DNA of 32,000 bases, taken from positions 750,001-782,000 of the forward strand of contig NC_008818.1 in NCBI RefSeq assembly GCF_000015145.1, given 5' to 3'. The notes below the pieces were generated by a model. That model had not been told where the DNA came from, searched no databases, and saw only the letters and a list, made by a program, of their open reading frames with translations. Numbering within the stretch: the first letter of the stretch is position 1; every line of letters starts with the position of its first letter. Made by a program: the position numbers and the translations under genes. The stretch comes from Hyperthermus butylicus DSM 5456 (lineage in GTDB: Archaea; Thermoproteota; Thermoprotei_A; Sulfolobales; Pyrodictiaceae). Positions 16,521-25,327 of this stretch are shown here, one piece after another.

Positions 16521-17186
16521 GTGACTGGGCGCGAGCTTCGCAGCATAGTTATTACTACACTGCTGGTTACCCCTAGCGGAGCGTTAAGCCCTGGCCTCCT
16601 ATCAGCGTCAGCCATAGCTGTGGGTGTTTACCTTGGCGCTGTGGGTGGCCTGGTTGTAGCGCTGGGCCACATGGTTTTCGAGCTGCCCTACGTTGGACTA
16701 CTTGTCTACTGGGCTGAGCGGTTCAACCGTGTATTGAGGAAGCTTGAGAAGCCCCTGGCACTGCTAACGCTTGCTGCGGCAGCTTACTTTGCAGCTGGGT
16801 TGTTCGAGACGGCTGCCGGGCTGCTCTGGGGCACGGGGGATACAAGCTACGGAGTTTCCGTGGGGTCTACGCCAACTCAAGCATTTGTCGCCGGGATCGT
16901 GTTTACCGGTGGGAACCCTTACTTCCTAGCATGGTGGCTGACCATTGGCCTGCCACTGGTTCGTGGAGCTGCAAGCCTAGGGGCAAGAGGTTTTGCTGCA
17001 ATGTATCTTAGCCACGTATGGATAGACTATGCGTGGCTTGTACTGCTAGCAGCTGCTGGTGGCGGACTGGCCGGAATACCTAGCCTCTATGCAGCTCTGC
17101 TAGTAGCACTAACACTACTACTCATCGTCTTCGCTGTAGACGTAGCGCTGAGAGCCTTCACGGGTAAGAAGCTATTACCATTCTAG
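16521..17186 (+). CDS. LysE/RhtB-like multi-pass membrane exporter. The tracked ORF starts at 16383, but the first roughly 46 codons look non-genic.
   Basis: Five to six hydrophobic helices, and 'GGNPYFLAWWLTIGLP' resembles the NPK-type motif of LysE-family proteins. GTG at 16521 gives a protein of about 221 aa, typical for the family. Confidence 0.5.
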   Translation: MTGRELRSIVITTLLVTPSGALSPGLLSASAIAVGVYLGAVGGLVVALGHMVFELPYVGLLVYWAERFNRVLRKLEKPLALLTLAAAAYFAAGLFETAAGLLWGTGDTSYGVSVGSTPTQAFVAGIVFTGGNPYFLAWWLTIGLPLVRGAASLGARGFAAMYLSHVWIDYAWLVLLAAAGGGLAGIPSLYAALLVALTLLLIVFAVDVALRAFTGKKLLPF

Positions 17187-17562
17187 ATGAGCCTTGGCAA
17201 GCAGGCCTAGATGAACACTTGTACTAGCACGCAGCCTCCTCCAAGCCCCACGTCGCCAGAGATAACGTCCACCACAGATGCTAGGAGTGCTTTTCCGCCA
17301 CCGCACCCGGTGCATTGCCAGGCTTAGAGCATGTTTTGCTGAGCTTGCAGCGTCTTTGTCTACCTCGACTGTGCTACTGCTCTTAGGCCTCTAAGACCCT
17401 TCCATGTCGCCCCAGGGCGGTATAGATGGAAGCTACTCCACAGGAGACCCATCGCCCAATTCTATCCTGCCCCTCGTGGAAGACCTTATTACCTGGGTTT
17501 AGAGTTTGCAGCACTCACTCTAGGCGAGAAGCTGTATGGGATAGGTATGGGGTGGTGAGTAC

Positions 17563-18666
17563 TTGTTCCTCCTGGTATGGGACCCGCTAACATTCACCGT
17601 GCTCGTGCTTCTCTATGCGGCTGGGTTCCTCCTGCTCCAGCTGCTAGCTATGCGTGTAGCACCCCGCGTAGCTGGGTTCATATCTAGCCGGGTGAGCCTC
17701 TACACCGCGATGCTCATCACGGCCGGCCTCATTGTTGGTGGTGGCCTCATAGCGATCTATGCTATCTACAGCCTAGCTGCGAGTTATGGCTATAGCCTGC
17801 CTATTGGGTTCCTGCTGGCATTCCTCATCGTAGCTAACCTGATGAGCTACCTGCTGGCGCCATACATGATCAATGCTGTTTACAGGGCTAAGCCTGACCC
17901 GGAGCTCCAGCGCATCGTGGACGAGGTTGCTTCGAGGGCTGGTGTTAAGCCGCCAAAGGCTGTTATCGTTGAAGGTCCGCCAAACGCATTCGCCTATGGC
18001 AACTTCCTTACTGGCCGCTACATCGCCGTGTCGAGGAGCCTCTACGAGATTCTGCCCCGCAACGAGCTCGAGGCCGTGGTAGGCCACGAGATTGGCCACC
18101 ACAGGCACCGCGACGTAGTCATAATCATGTTGCTGGGCCTTGTGCCAAGCATACTCTACTACATGGGCGTATGGCTTATACGTATAGGGCTGTGGAGCGG
18201 CGCCTACCGTAGCCGCCGCGAGGGCAACGGCGGCCTGGCCCTTGTCGCTGTGGGCGCGCTGAGCGTGCTGCTAAGCTTCATCATGCAGGTAGCAGTGCTA
18301 ACGTTTAGCAGGCTACGCGAGTACTACGCTGACGCCCATGGAGCTATCGTTGCCGGCGCGAGGCCCATGCAGCGTGCCCTGGCTAGGCTCCACCTCTACT
18401 ATCAGGGCCGTAGGAGGGAAGAGCTAGAGAAGAGCAGTCTGAAGGCACTCTTCATCTACGCACTTGTAGAGGCTGCAGCATCACCATTCTACAGCTACAC
18501 TGGCAGCAGCTGGTCCTGGAGAGGAGACATCGACAGCATCGTCGAGAGGCTGAAGAGGATGGAGGTCAATCCTGCAGAGGAACTGTTCAGCGACCACCCA
18601 CCGATACCCAAGAGGCTAAGGTTCCTTGACAACCTCGAGCAGGCCCTAGGCAAAGCAAGAGTCTAA
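17563..18666 (+). CDS. htpX: HtpX-like M48 zinc metalloprotease (membrane)
   Basis: N-terminal TM helices and the zincin motif 'VVGHEIGHHRHRD', then two further TM helices and 'EYYADAHGA'. Confidence 0.85.
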   Translation: MFLLVWDPLTFTVLVLLYAAGFLLLQLLAMRVAPRVAGFISSRVSLYTAMLITAGLIVGGGLIAIYAIYSLAASYGYSLPIGFLLAFLIVANLMSYLLAPYMINAVYRAKPDPELQRIVDEVASRAGVKPPKAVIVEGPPNAFAYGNFLTGRYIAVSRSLYEILPRNELEAVVGHEIGHHRHRDVVIIMLLGLVPSILYYMGVWLIRIGLWSGAYRSRREGNGGLALVAVGALSVLLSFIMQVAVLTFSRLREYYADAHGAIVAGARPMQRALARLHLYYQGRRREELEKSSLKALFIYALVEAAASPFYSYTGSSWSWRGDIDSIVERLKRMEVNPAEELFSDHPPIPKRLRFLDNLEQALGKARV

Positions 18667-18691
18667 ACAGCCAAGTTTTCACGACACAAAG

Positions 18692-18721
18692 CCACACTGC
18701 ATGTAATATTTTACAGTGTGG
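18692..18721 (+). terminator. 8-bp hairpin (CCACACTG ... CAGTGTGG) with a T-rich loop, 26 nt after the htpX stop
   Basis: Inverted repeat read directly. Confidence 0.4.
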
Positions 18722-19106
18722 TCTTCAATCCAGCCCCTCAGCAGAGTGGAAACATTCCCCTCCACGGCCCATGCACAACATATGTGCACTATGTTTCAAC
18801 ACGTATAGCCCAGGTTTTTCTCAGCACGTCAATCCTTAGTCACCATAATTATCTTGACGAGCTACGCATGGATATACCAGTGTGTTATTGGCAGCTATAG
18901 CTGATAGGGAGGAGCCTGCTGGATATAAGCAATGATGCGTATAGGTGTGTCTCGTAGCAAGGTGTGTCTTGGCATAGGTTGTACGGGGGTGTTAGCCGGG
19001 TATTCCAGCTATGCTTTCAGTTACCACCGTCTCCCTCTTTCAGCGATGAACCCCTCTACTTAGATGGTGATACGCCATATACCCTACTGCATATGGGTGT
19101 ACCGCC

Positions 19107-19376
19107 TTGGCTCACACGGCTACGCGGTATATCGGGCTAGCTGCTGCTATTGAGAGGGTGCTCCGGGAGCTTGGCGGTAGTGCTGACGTGGATACCGTGC
19201 TTGCTGAGGTTTGGAAGCGCTACGTAGAGGGTGGGGGGCCGGAGAAGGTTACCATGAGGCTGTTCCGCCACCCAGCTGGCTACTACTGGAGCCCCGACGC
19301 TGAGGAGGCACTCTCCGTTCTAGAGGCTGCTGGAAAACTGGTAAGGCGTGGCCGGCACCTCGTGCTCGTTGGCTAG
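19107..19376 (+). CDS. Small hypothetical protein, possibly winged-helix (Mrr-N-like)
   Basis: 89 aa with good coding character. 'AIERVLRELGGSADVDTVLAEVWKRY ... ALSVLEAAGKLVRRGRHLVLV' resembles wHTH modules ending in a beta-wing. Its 3' end overlaps the convergent HD gene by 4 nt. Confidence 0.45.
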   Translation: MAHTATRYIGLAAAIERVLRELGGSADVDTVLAEVWKRYVEGGGPEKVTMRLFRHPAGYYWSPDAEEALSVLEAAGKLVRRGRHLVLVG

Positions 19377-20899
19377 GCTTTTCTCCTCTTCTTCGCCTCC
19401 TCGTCGAGAGCCTTTATCAGGTCTATGGCCTTTCTTGCTGCTGCCCCGTTCTCCGGTGTTGTGAACACTGCTATTCGGTGCATGCCTAGCTGTGCTAGCT
19501 TCCCAAACCTGCTATACTCCTCAGCCTGCATGGCATCCTTTACGTCTACGAGCCTCCCACTGTTCCTCTCGTAGATGTTTATCTTCTCGAAGCTTGCTAC
19601 GTGGACGCGGAGGGGCCGGATTATTAGTAGCGGGTTTTCCCTCTGCATCTCAACCAGCTCCTCTAGGAGTGGCTTTGCCCAGTCTTCGGCTAGGCCCTTC
19701 TCCAGGTAGTTGCTGTAGATGCCCCAGGCCTCGCGGCTCTCATAGTACGTGTAGTGTTTGGGATGGCGCCTCTCAACTATCATTGCTGCTAGTTTCCTGG
19801 CTTCGCTGCTAGCTTTAACCCTGCCCGCAACGATTTTCTTCATGAGGCTCAGCACCATGTTGTCGTCGAGCATGCCCCAGGCCTGTATTGCCTCCGGCTT
19901 ACTCTCCTCTAGCTCCGGTGGCCGGGGTATGTCCACCTCACAGCCCTGGAGGCCCGGGCATAGCAGACCGTCCCGGGCGAGGACGCCCATGAGCCTCGCG
20001 TAGACAGCATTGTACGCCTCGACCACACGGTGAAGGTATACTTCGCTAAACATGTAGAATCTTGCAAGTAGGAATGTTTCGAGGATGCTTAGCCCTTTAT
20101 CGAGAACTGCTACCTGGCACGCTGACTCGCTTACCCGTACACCGCTCAGATCCTCGCTCTCGGCTAGCAGGAGGGGTGAGGCTATGAGTACTCTTATGAG
20201 CCGGTCTACGTCGAATATGCCGTAGCGTACCCCGGCATAGATGCTGTCGCGGAGCAGGTAGTCCATACGGTCCACATCTAGGCCTCCTGCTATGAGCTGG
20301 TGGAGGACATGTGATGCACACTCGCTGGTGTAGTCCCTTGGAGCTAGCCCCGCGCCCCTCCCCCGGAGGATTAGGAATAGATCCTTGGAGAGGCTGTTGG
20401 TGAAGACTGGCTCGACGCCGGAGGCCGAAGCCATCTCCGCTACTGCTGGTATGAGGCTGTAGGTGTACTCCTCGTGACGGAGGGGTATACCCTCGAACTC
20501 CGATACCTGGAATACCCTGCGGGCCTCAACTATGCCGGATTCACTGGCATGGCTGAAGGGTAAGTGGCCGATATCGTGTACCAGTGCTGCCAGCTGGAAT
20601 ACCTCGATGCTGCGGAGCAGCGTGTTTGCAAACTCCTCGCCGCCCACGCCACGGTAGTGGGTTCTCGTGTTGCCAGCAAGGAACACTAGGGCCTCCTTTG
20701 CGAGGTGAGCAGCGCCAAGGCTATGGTTGAACCTGCTATGCTCCATACCGTGGTACACAAGGTACGCGAAACCGGTCTGCCTTATACCGCGAAGCCTCTG
20801 CATAACCCACGAGTCTACGACGGGTACAAGCTTGCCGCAAAGGTCGACATAGCCGTGGACCGGGTCCTTGAAGCTCTTTATCGGCGTACACCAGTCCAT
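19373..20899 (-). CDS. HD-domain metal-dependent phosphohydrolase, COG1078 / SAMHD1-like dNTP triphosphohydrolase family
   Basis: 'HSRFNHSLGAAHL', 'LAALVHDIGHLPFSHASE' (the HD dyad) and 'GLDVDRMDYLLRDSIYAGV' are hallmarks of this family. 508 aa. Confidence 0.85.
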   Translation of the reverse strand: MDWCTPIKSFKDPVHGYVDLCGKLVPVVDSWVMQRLRGIRQTGFAYLVYHGMEHSRFNHSLGAAHLAKEALVFLAGNTRTHYRGVGGEEFANTLLRSIEVFQLAALVHDIGHLPFSHASESGIVEARRVFQVSEFEGIPLRHEEYTYSLIPAVAEMASASGVEPVFTNSLSKDLFLILRGRGAGLAPRDYTSECASHVLHQLIAGGLDVDRMDYLLRDSIYAGVRYGIFDVDRLIRVLIASPLLLAESEDLSGVRVSESACQVAVLDKGLSILETFLLARFYMFSEVYLHRVVEAYNAVYARLMGVLARDGLLCPGLQGCEVDIPRPPELEESKPEAIQAWGMLDDNMVLSLMKKIVAGRVKASSEARKLAAMIVERRHPKHYTYYESREAWGIYSNYLEKGLAEDWAKPLLEELVEMQRENPLLIIRPLRVHVASFEKINIYERNSGRLVDVKDAMQAEEYSRFGKLAQLGMHRIAVFTTPENGAAARKAIDLIKALDEEAKKRRKA

Positions 20900-20985
20900 A
20901 CCGCTAGCAGCCCTCCCCTAACCGAGGGATACTCCGGGCTACTAGAAATGCAGGTTCCAGCCCCGAGGCGGGGAGGCCGGGCTAG

Positions 20986-20992
20986 TTAAATA
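20986..20992 (+). promoter_or_regulatory. TATA-like box TTAAATA about 40 nt upstream of the S26e ATG
   Basis: Position and sequence are consistent with an archaeal TATA box. Read directly. Confidence 0.4.
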
Positions 20993-21031
20993 GGCTCCAG
21001 CAGCCTCCTCTTTTGGCCCGGGGCTACAGGT

Positions 21032-21322
21032 ATGCCTAAGAAGAGGCAGAATAGGGGTAGGCACAAGGGCGATAAGGGCCGTACAAGACTAGTACAGTGC
21101 GACAACTGTGGCAGGCTAATCCCACGCGACAAGGCTATATGTATAACCAAGTGGTACACCCCGGTGGACCCGCAGCTGGCAAGAGAGCTAGAGAAGAAGG
21201 GCGCCATCATAATGAAGTACCCTGTCGAGAAGTGCTACTGTGTCAGCTGCGCCATACACTATGGCATAATCAAGGTTCGCCCCGAGGAGGAGAGGAAGGC
21301 CATACGCGGCCCAGTCATCTAG
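21032..21322 (+). CDS. rps26e: 30S ribosomal protein S26e
   Basis: 'MPKKRQNRGRHKGDKGR...VQCDNCGRLIPRDKAI...CVSCAIH' is the canonical eS26 zinc-ribbon pattern. Confidence 0.95.
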   Translation: MPKKRQNRGRHKGDKGRTRLVQCDNCGRLIPRDKAICITKWYTPVDPQLARELEKKGAIIMKYPVEKCYCVSCAIHYGIIKVRPEEERKAIRGPVI

Positions 21323-21474
21323 CCCCACGCATTACTCAAACCATGTTTTTACGCTTCAAAAGCAGTGAACCCAAGCTACTCCTCATCCTCCCATCCATGG
21401 AAACGGCTAGGTTGTTACCAGCCATCTCTGCTACGAACACCTAGCATACTACTAGCCAGCCCGGTGAACCTGCT

Positions 21475-22086
21475 ATGAAAACTGTGGCGGAAGTACCCAG
21501 GCTTGAGCCTAGCTATACGCTCGTCTGGGTTGCCTATGCAAGAGAGCCAGCCAACTCTCCCCCCAAGCGGTGGACCGGGCTAGTGGGATATGGTAGGCTC
21601 GACATCCTCGTAAGGGTTGTCCTTGCAGCACTGTACCCTGGCGGGGTGCGTGACCCCCACTCGCTCCTCATAGCCTTCCTCGACTCCACCAAGCCCCGAG
21701 CAATAGTCCTTACCGGGGACTGTCTCCCCCAGAGGGCGGTCTACGAGAGCGACATCGGGGCATACATTCTCGAGGCTCTGCGGGGCGAGAGGTGTAAGAG
21801 CTACATAGTTTCTGGCGGGCTTAGAGAGTTAATCGCCTGGCTGAAGAGCCAGGGGTACCGCGTTGTCGTGCTCCATGAGTCTGGGCGCCCCTTTACAGGC
21901 TACCAGCCCTACACTGCCTACATCCTCGGGCTCCGCGATGACCCACCTCTCGGCGTGGGGGAGGATGCCGTAGAATCGCTTGGGGCTAGAAGCTATCTCG
22001 CAAGCCACGTGACTGCATTCATAAGGCTCGCATCCTCTATACCACTTGGACTCCAGAGGACCACGCAAGCTGGTGATGAGGGTTAA
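21475..22086 (+). CDS. trmY: SPOUT-class methyltransferase, TrmY-like (DUF358; tRNA pseudouridine-54 N1-methyltransferase family)
   Basis: 'GYGRLDILVRVVLAAL' matches the 'GRLDLLCRCV' motif of characterised TrmY. The size and the C-terminal 'SLG...YLASHVTAFI' knot region fit. Confidence 0.65.
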   Translation: MKTVAEVPRLEPSYTLVWVAYAREPANSPPKRWTGLVGYGRLDILVRVVLAALYPGGVRDPHSLLIAFLDSTKPRAIVLTGDCLPQRAVYESDIGAYILEALRGERCKSYIVSGGLRELIAWLKSQGYRVVVLHESGRPFTGYQPYTAYILGLRDDPPLGVGEDAVESLGARSYLASHVTAFIRLASSIPLGLQRTTQAGDEG

Positions 22087-22304
22087 AAGCGGCCATAGGC
22101 CCTCGCCACGGGGGCCGATGGGCTGAGCCAGGCCGCTGAAGCACTCCACACAAAACAACAATAATACCGTAGGCCAGCCGGTAGCACCATAGCCACTGGG
22201 AGTGTTACCCAGGACTTATAGGCTGCCATCTCTCCAGCCTGTCAGGTGTTGAGGCTACCGGCTTGATAACCAGCACCGTCAAATCCTAGGCTTGGGGGTC
22301 TGCT

Positions 22305-22508
22305 GTGGGCAAGGTGCTCGTAGCAGTCGTGCTAGAGGAGGAGTACGCTAGGAGGCTTGAAGAGATTGCAAAGCGTAAGGGGATAACGATTGGCGAGGCT
22401 CTGGAGGAGGCGCTGAAAACACTACTCATTGGAGAGCCTAGTACTTCTTCCCAAGCCTTATACTCGTCACTGCGGGGCGGCCGCATACAGGGCATTGCTT
22501 GCCATTAA
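22305..22508 (+). CDS. Small ribbon-helix-helix (CopG/Arc-like) DNA-binding protein
   Basis: 'KVLVAVVLEEEYARRLEEIAKRKGITIGEALEEALKTLL' has a beta-strand/helix/helix layout. GTG start. The last roughly 23 codons run antisense over the 3' end of proS and may be incidental. Confidence 0.5.
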   Translation: MGKVLVAVVLEEEYARRLEEIAKRKGITIGEALEEALKTLLIGEPSTSSQALYSSLRGGRIQGIACH

Positions 22509-23896
22509 CCCAGCTGGGCCTCTCCAGCGGCGAGCCAAGTACGCCTGCATCAACCATTTCTTCCAGTTTGAGTCCACATTCCTCCCGGCCACACCACGGG
22601 ATCTCTACTATACCCCTCTCCTCCTCGAGTATCCTACGTGCCTCCTCTATGGTCTCGACACGCTTAACCATCGTACTTAGCCACTGCCAAGCTTTCTCGC
22701 GTAGGTTTCTCCTTATGTCCTCGAACAGCTTTGCCCGGAAGTCTGGTAGCTCTTCAAAGCTTAACCACGGTCTTCTCTAGGGTGTCCCTACGGGCTACGA
22801 GAACCGTGCCAGTCTCGGCTTCACGTAGCCCAACCTCGATGCGTACTGGTACGCCCTTGGCCTCCCACTCGTAGAACTTCCTACCTGGCCTCACATCCTC
22901 ACGGTCATCCACGCGGAACCTTATCCCAGCCTTCTTCAACACCTCCTTAACCTTCTCGAGATGCTCAGCTACCAGCCTCTTCTTTTCCTCGTCATCTCCA
23001 GCTGGTATTGGTATAACCACTACCTGTATGGGAGCCACGTTTGGCGGCAACACAGCACCACGATCATCGCCATGTATTGCTATTACCGTGGCTACTATGC
23101 GGTCACTTATACCGTAGCTTGTCTGCCACGCATAGTCGATACTTTCGTCGCGCAACTGTATCTTGACGTCAAAGGGTACCGTGAAGTTCTGGCCCAGGTG
23201 GTGAACCGTGCCTATCTGCAGCGTCTTACCATCCGGCATAATGGTGTCAAAGGCCACGGTATAGACTGCACCGGCGAACTTGTCCCATTCCGGCCTCCGG
23301 CTAATCACATAGGGTATGCCTAGCTCGTCGAATATCTTCTTGTAGAGCTCTATAGCCTCGGCAACCTGGCGGTCCGCGTCAGCGAAACTATCGTGCACCG
23401 TGTGGGCCTCCTTGAACGTGGTTACCTCACGCAGCCTTATCATCGGCCTCGTAGCCTTCGTCTCGTAGCGGAATATGCTGACTATCTGGTAGTACTTCTT
23501 TGGGAGCTGACGATAGCTCTTAATCCAGAAGCTCTCCATGTAGGTTATGCTTGTCTCGCTTGTTGGACGCAGCGCAAGCTTCACGTCAAGGGGCTCGTGC
23601 CCGCCATGGGTTACCCAGTAGACCTCACCCTCGAAGCCGCGTATGTGCTCGCTCTCCTTCCTCAAGAGGTGCTCTGGGATCAGTAGAGGCATCAGTATTT
23701 CCTCGTGCCCCGTAGAGTCCAGAACCTCCCTTACTAGTTCTATGATTCTACGGCGCAGCTGGAACCCGTAGGGCAGCCATATACCCATGCCCTTGACGGG
23801 GTAGCGTCCATAGTCGTAGAAGCCTGCCTCCTCGAGAATCCAGTCGAACCAGCGGGGGAACTCTCTCCTCCACCGGTCCCGGCTAGCACCCGGCAA
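22438..23896 (-). CDS. proS: Archaeal/eukaryote-type prolyl-tRNA synthetase, split into two ORFs (22754-23896 and 22438-22671) by one extra base near 22754-22776
   Basis: The class II core '[27 protein letters not shown]' and the anticodon-binding domain lie in the upstream ORF. The zinc-binding C-terminal domain '[10 protein letters not shown]...CPVCGRPA...RLGKKY*' lies in the other frame. That frame is open upstream through '[28 protein letters not shown]', bridging the gap exactly. Dropping one base, for example in the A3 run at 22756-22758, gives '...EKTVVKLEELPDF...' and a protein of about 485 aa. Confidence 0.9.
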
Positions 23897-23950
23897 GGGC
23901 TGTGGTACCTCGCAAAAGCCTCGGTGGCTAAAGGGATAACATAGGTGGGC

Positions 23951-23957
23951 TATAAAG
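23951..23957 (-). promoter_or_regulatory. TATA-like box (CTTTATA on the minus strand) about 55 nt upstream of the proS TTG start
   Basis: Read directly. It is preceded (minus-strand sense) by a T5 run at 23976-23980 that could terminate atpK transcription. Confidence 0.3.
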
Positions 23958-24018
23958 GCTGGGCTCCCAGTGTGTAAAAATGCTTGTCTGACCTAGCGAG
24001 GAACGGACCAGCCTATGA

Positions 24019-24342
24019 TTAGCCGGTGAAGATTATCAGTATTGCTACCAGCAGACCATAGATGGCGATACCTTCGCCGAGCACTAGGTAGATCAGCAGC
24101 TTACCGCTGACCTCGGGCTTCTCAGCCACTGCCGCGCTTGCAGCACTACCAGTCCTTCCAAGCGCAATGCCTGCACCAATAGCGCTAAGACCCATTGCCA
24201 AGGCGGCAGCAATAGCCTTCCAGCCCTTTGCAGCAGCCTCCGCAGCTGCTACAGCATCTTCCTGAGCAGCCGCGACTAGGGTTGTTGCAGCGAGTAGCGA
24301 TAGAGCCGTGAAGAGTACTAGACCTAGGACAGCCCTCCTCAT
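24019..24342 (-). CDS. atpK: A/V-type ATPase proteolipid subunit K (c subunit). The ORF is open to 24378, but ATG 24342 fits the promoter better.
   Basis: Two-helix proteolipid 'AAALAMGLSAIGAGIALGRTG' and 'LVLGEGIAIYGLLVAILI' with the ion-binding Glu, plus an N-terminal hydrophobic/Ala-rich extension. TATA-like 'TATAAAAA' sits at 24379-24386. Confidence 0.85.
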   Translation of the reverse strand: MRRAVLGLVLFTALSLLAATTLVAAAQEDAVAAAEAAAKGWKAIAAALAMGLSAIGAGIALGRTGSAASAAVAEKPEVSGKLLIYLVLGEGIAIYGLLVAILIIFTG

Positions 24343-24378
24343 GGCATGAGCACCGCTCTGCGGGTTTGGGGGGCTCAA

Positions 24379-24386
24379 TATAAAAA
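24379..24386 (-). promoter_or_regulatory. TATA-like box upstream of atpK, in the divergent region shared with dtdA
   Basis: 'AATATAAAAAG' read directly, about 40 nt upstream of ATG 24342. Confidence 0.35.
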
Positions 24387-24499
24387 GATTGCCTAAATCT
24401 CGCTCGTACCGGAAATATTGGTTACATTACACGGGTTCAACAGCTTAATAGAGCCTCTAGGCTGCATGCACCGACACTCTGCGGGGGTGACATACGGGA

Positions 24500-25318
24500 T
24501 TGCTAGCGCTCATATACTCTGCACGCGATCCAGCCGGTTCGGGCACCGCCAGGATAATCAGGGAGCTACTTGGCGGGGATAGGTGTAGCCTGCCACGCGC
24601 AGTAGAGTGCACACTACTAAGCAACGGGGTCTACCTGGTTGGCTTCGATGCTGACAGTATATTCCTCGACTTCCTCGGCGAGGTACTCCCCGCCAATATT
24701 GAGGGCTACGTGGTGCTTAGCAGGCATAGCGGCGGCAAGCCGAGTCTAACAGTCCACCACACGGGCAACCCAGGCCCCGAGGCACCCTATGGGGGTAAGC
24801 CGTGGAGCCTCGCACCAGCATGGCCACGTACTGCCGCGGGACTATTGAGGACCTACAGGCGGGTGGCAGAGGAGATGGGGCTTACGGGAGAGTTCCAGGT
24901 AACCCTCGAGGCTACCCACCATGGCCCCACAGAGCTGGAGAAACCTATAGTCTTCATCGAGATCGGTAGTAGTGAGAGGGAGTGGGTTAGGAGGGATACA
25001 CAGAATGCTATGGCCGAGACTGTGATTAGGTTCATGGAGCGCGATCTTGTAAGCGTTGAGTGTAGCAAGGTTGCAATAGGTATTGGCGATACCCACTACC
25101 CAATTAAGCACACACGTAACGTGCTAGAGAGGGGGTACTGCTACAGCCACATATTCTCTAAGCACGTCCTGGACAACCTCACCCTTGAGCTGCTAGAGCA
25201 GGCGCTGGAAAAGACGAGGGACAAGGTGGACACCGTGGTTCTGGCAAAGGTTCCATCGCGGGTTAAACAACTCGCGAGGAGCTTCGCTGAAAAGTACGGG
25301 CTCCAGCTGGAAAAGTAG
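24500..25318 (+). CDS. dtdA: D-aminoacyl-tRNA deacylase, archaeal type (DTD2/DtdA)
   Basis: 272 aa. 'LIYSARDPAGSG', 'LSRHSGGKPSLTVHHTGN' and 'TLEATHHGPT' are typical of archaeal DtdA. TTG start. Confidence 0.85.
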   Translation: MLALIYSARDPAGSGTARIIRELLGGDRCSLPRAVECTLLSNGVYLVGFDADSIFLDFLGEVLPANIEGYVVLSRHSGGKPSLTVHHTGNPGPEAPYGGKPWSLAPAWPRTAAGLLRTYRRVAEEMGLTGEFQVTLEATHHGPTELEKPIVFIEIGSSEREWVRRDTQNAMAETVIRFMERDLVSVECSKVAIGIGDTHYPIKHTRNVLERGYCYSHIFSKHVLDNLTLELLEQALEKTRDKVDTVVLAKVPSRVKQLARSFAEKYGLQLEK

Positions 25319-25327
25319 AGGGACAAA

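Noticed and set aside
17187-17562. A 375-nt spacer between the LysE-like gene and htpX, examined in six frames for a missed gene. Among the frames examined was a Gly/Cys-rich minus-strand frame, 'CTGCGGGKALLASVVDVISGDVGLGGGCVLVQVFI*'.
   Set aside because: That frame has no start codon and no frame shows family similarity. Only weak 5-bp hairpins are present. It is left unexplained rather than called.
21097-22161. ORFs 21097-21444(+) and 21829-22161(-).
   Set aside because: The first is an alternative frame of the S26e gene running into the spacer. The second is antisense to the TrmY-like gene. Neither has protein-like composition or motifs.
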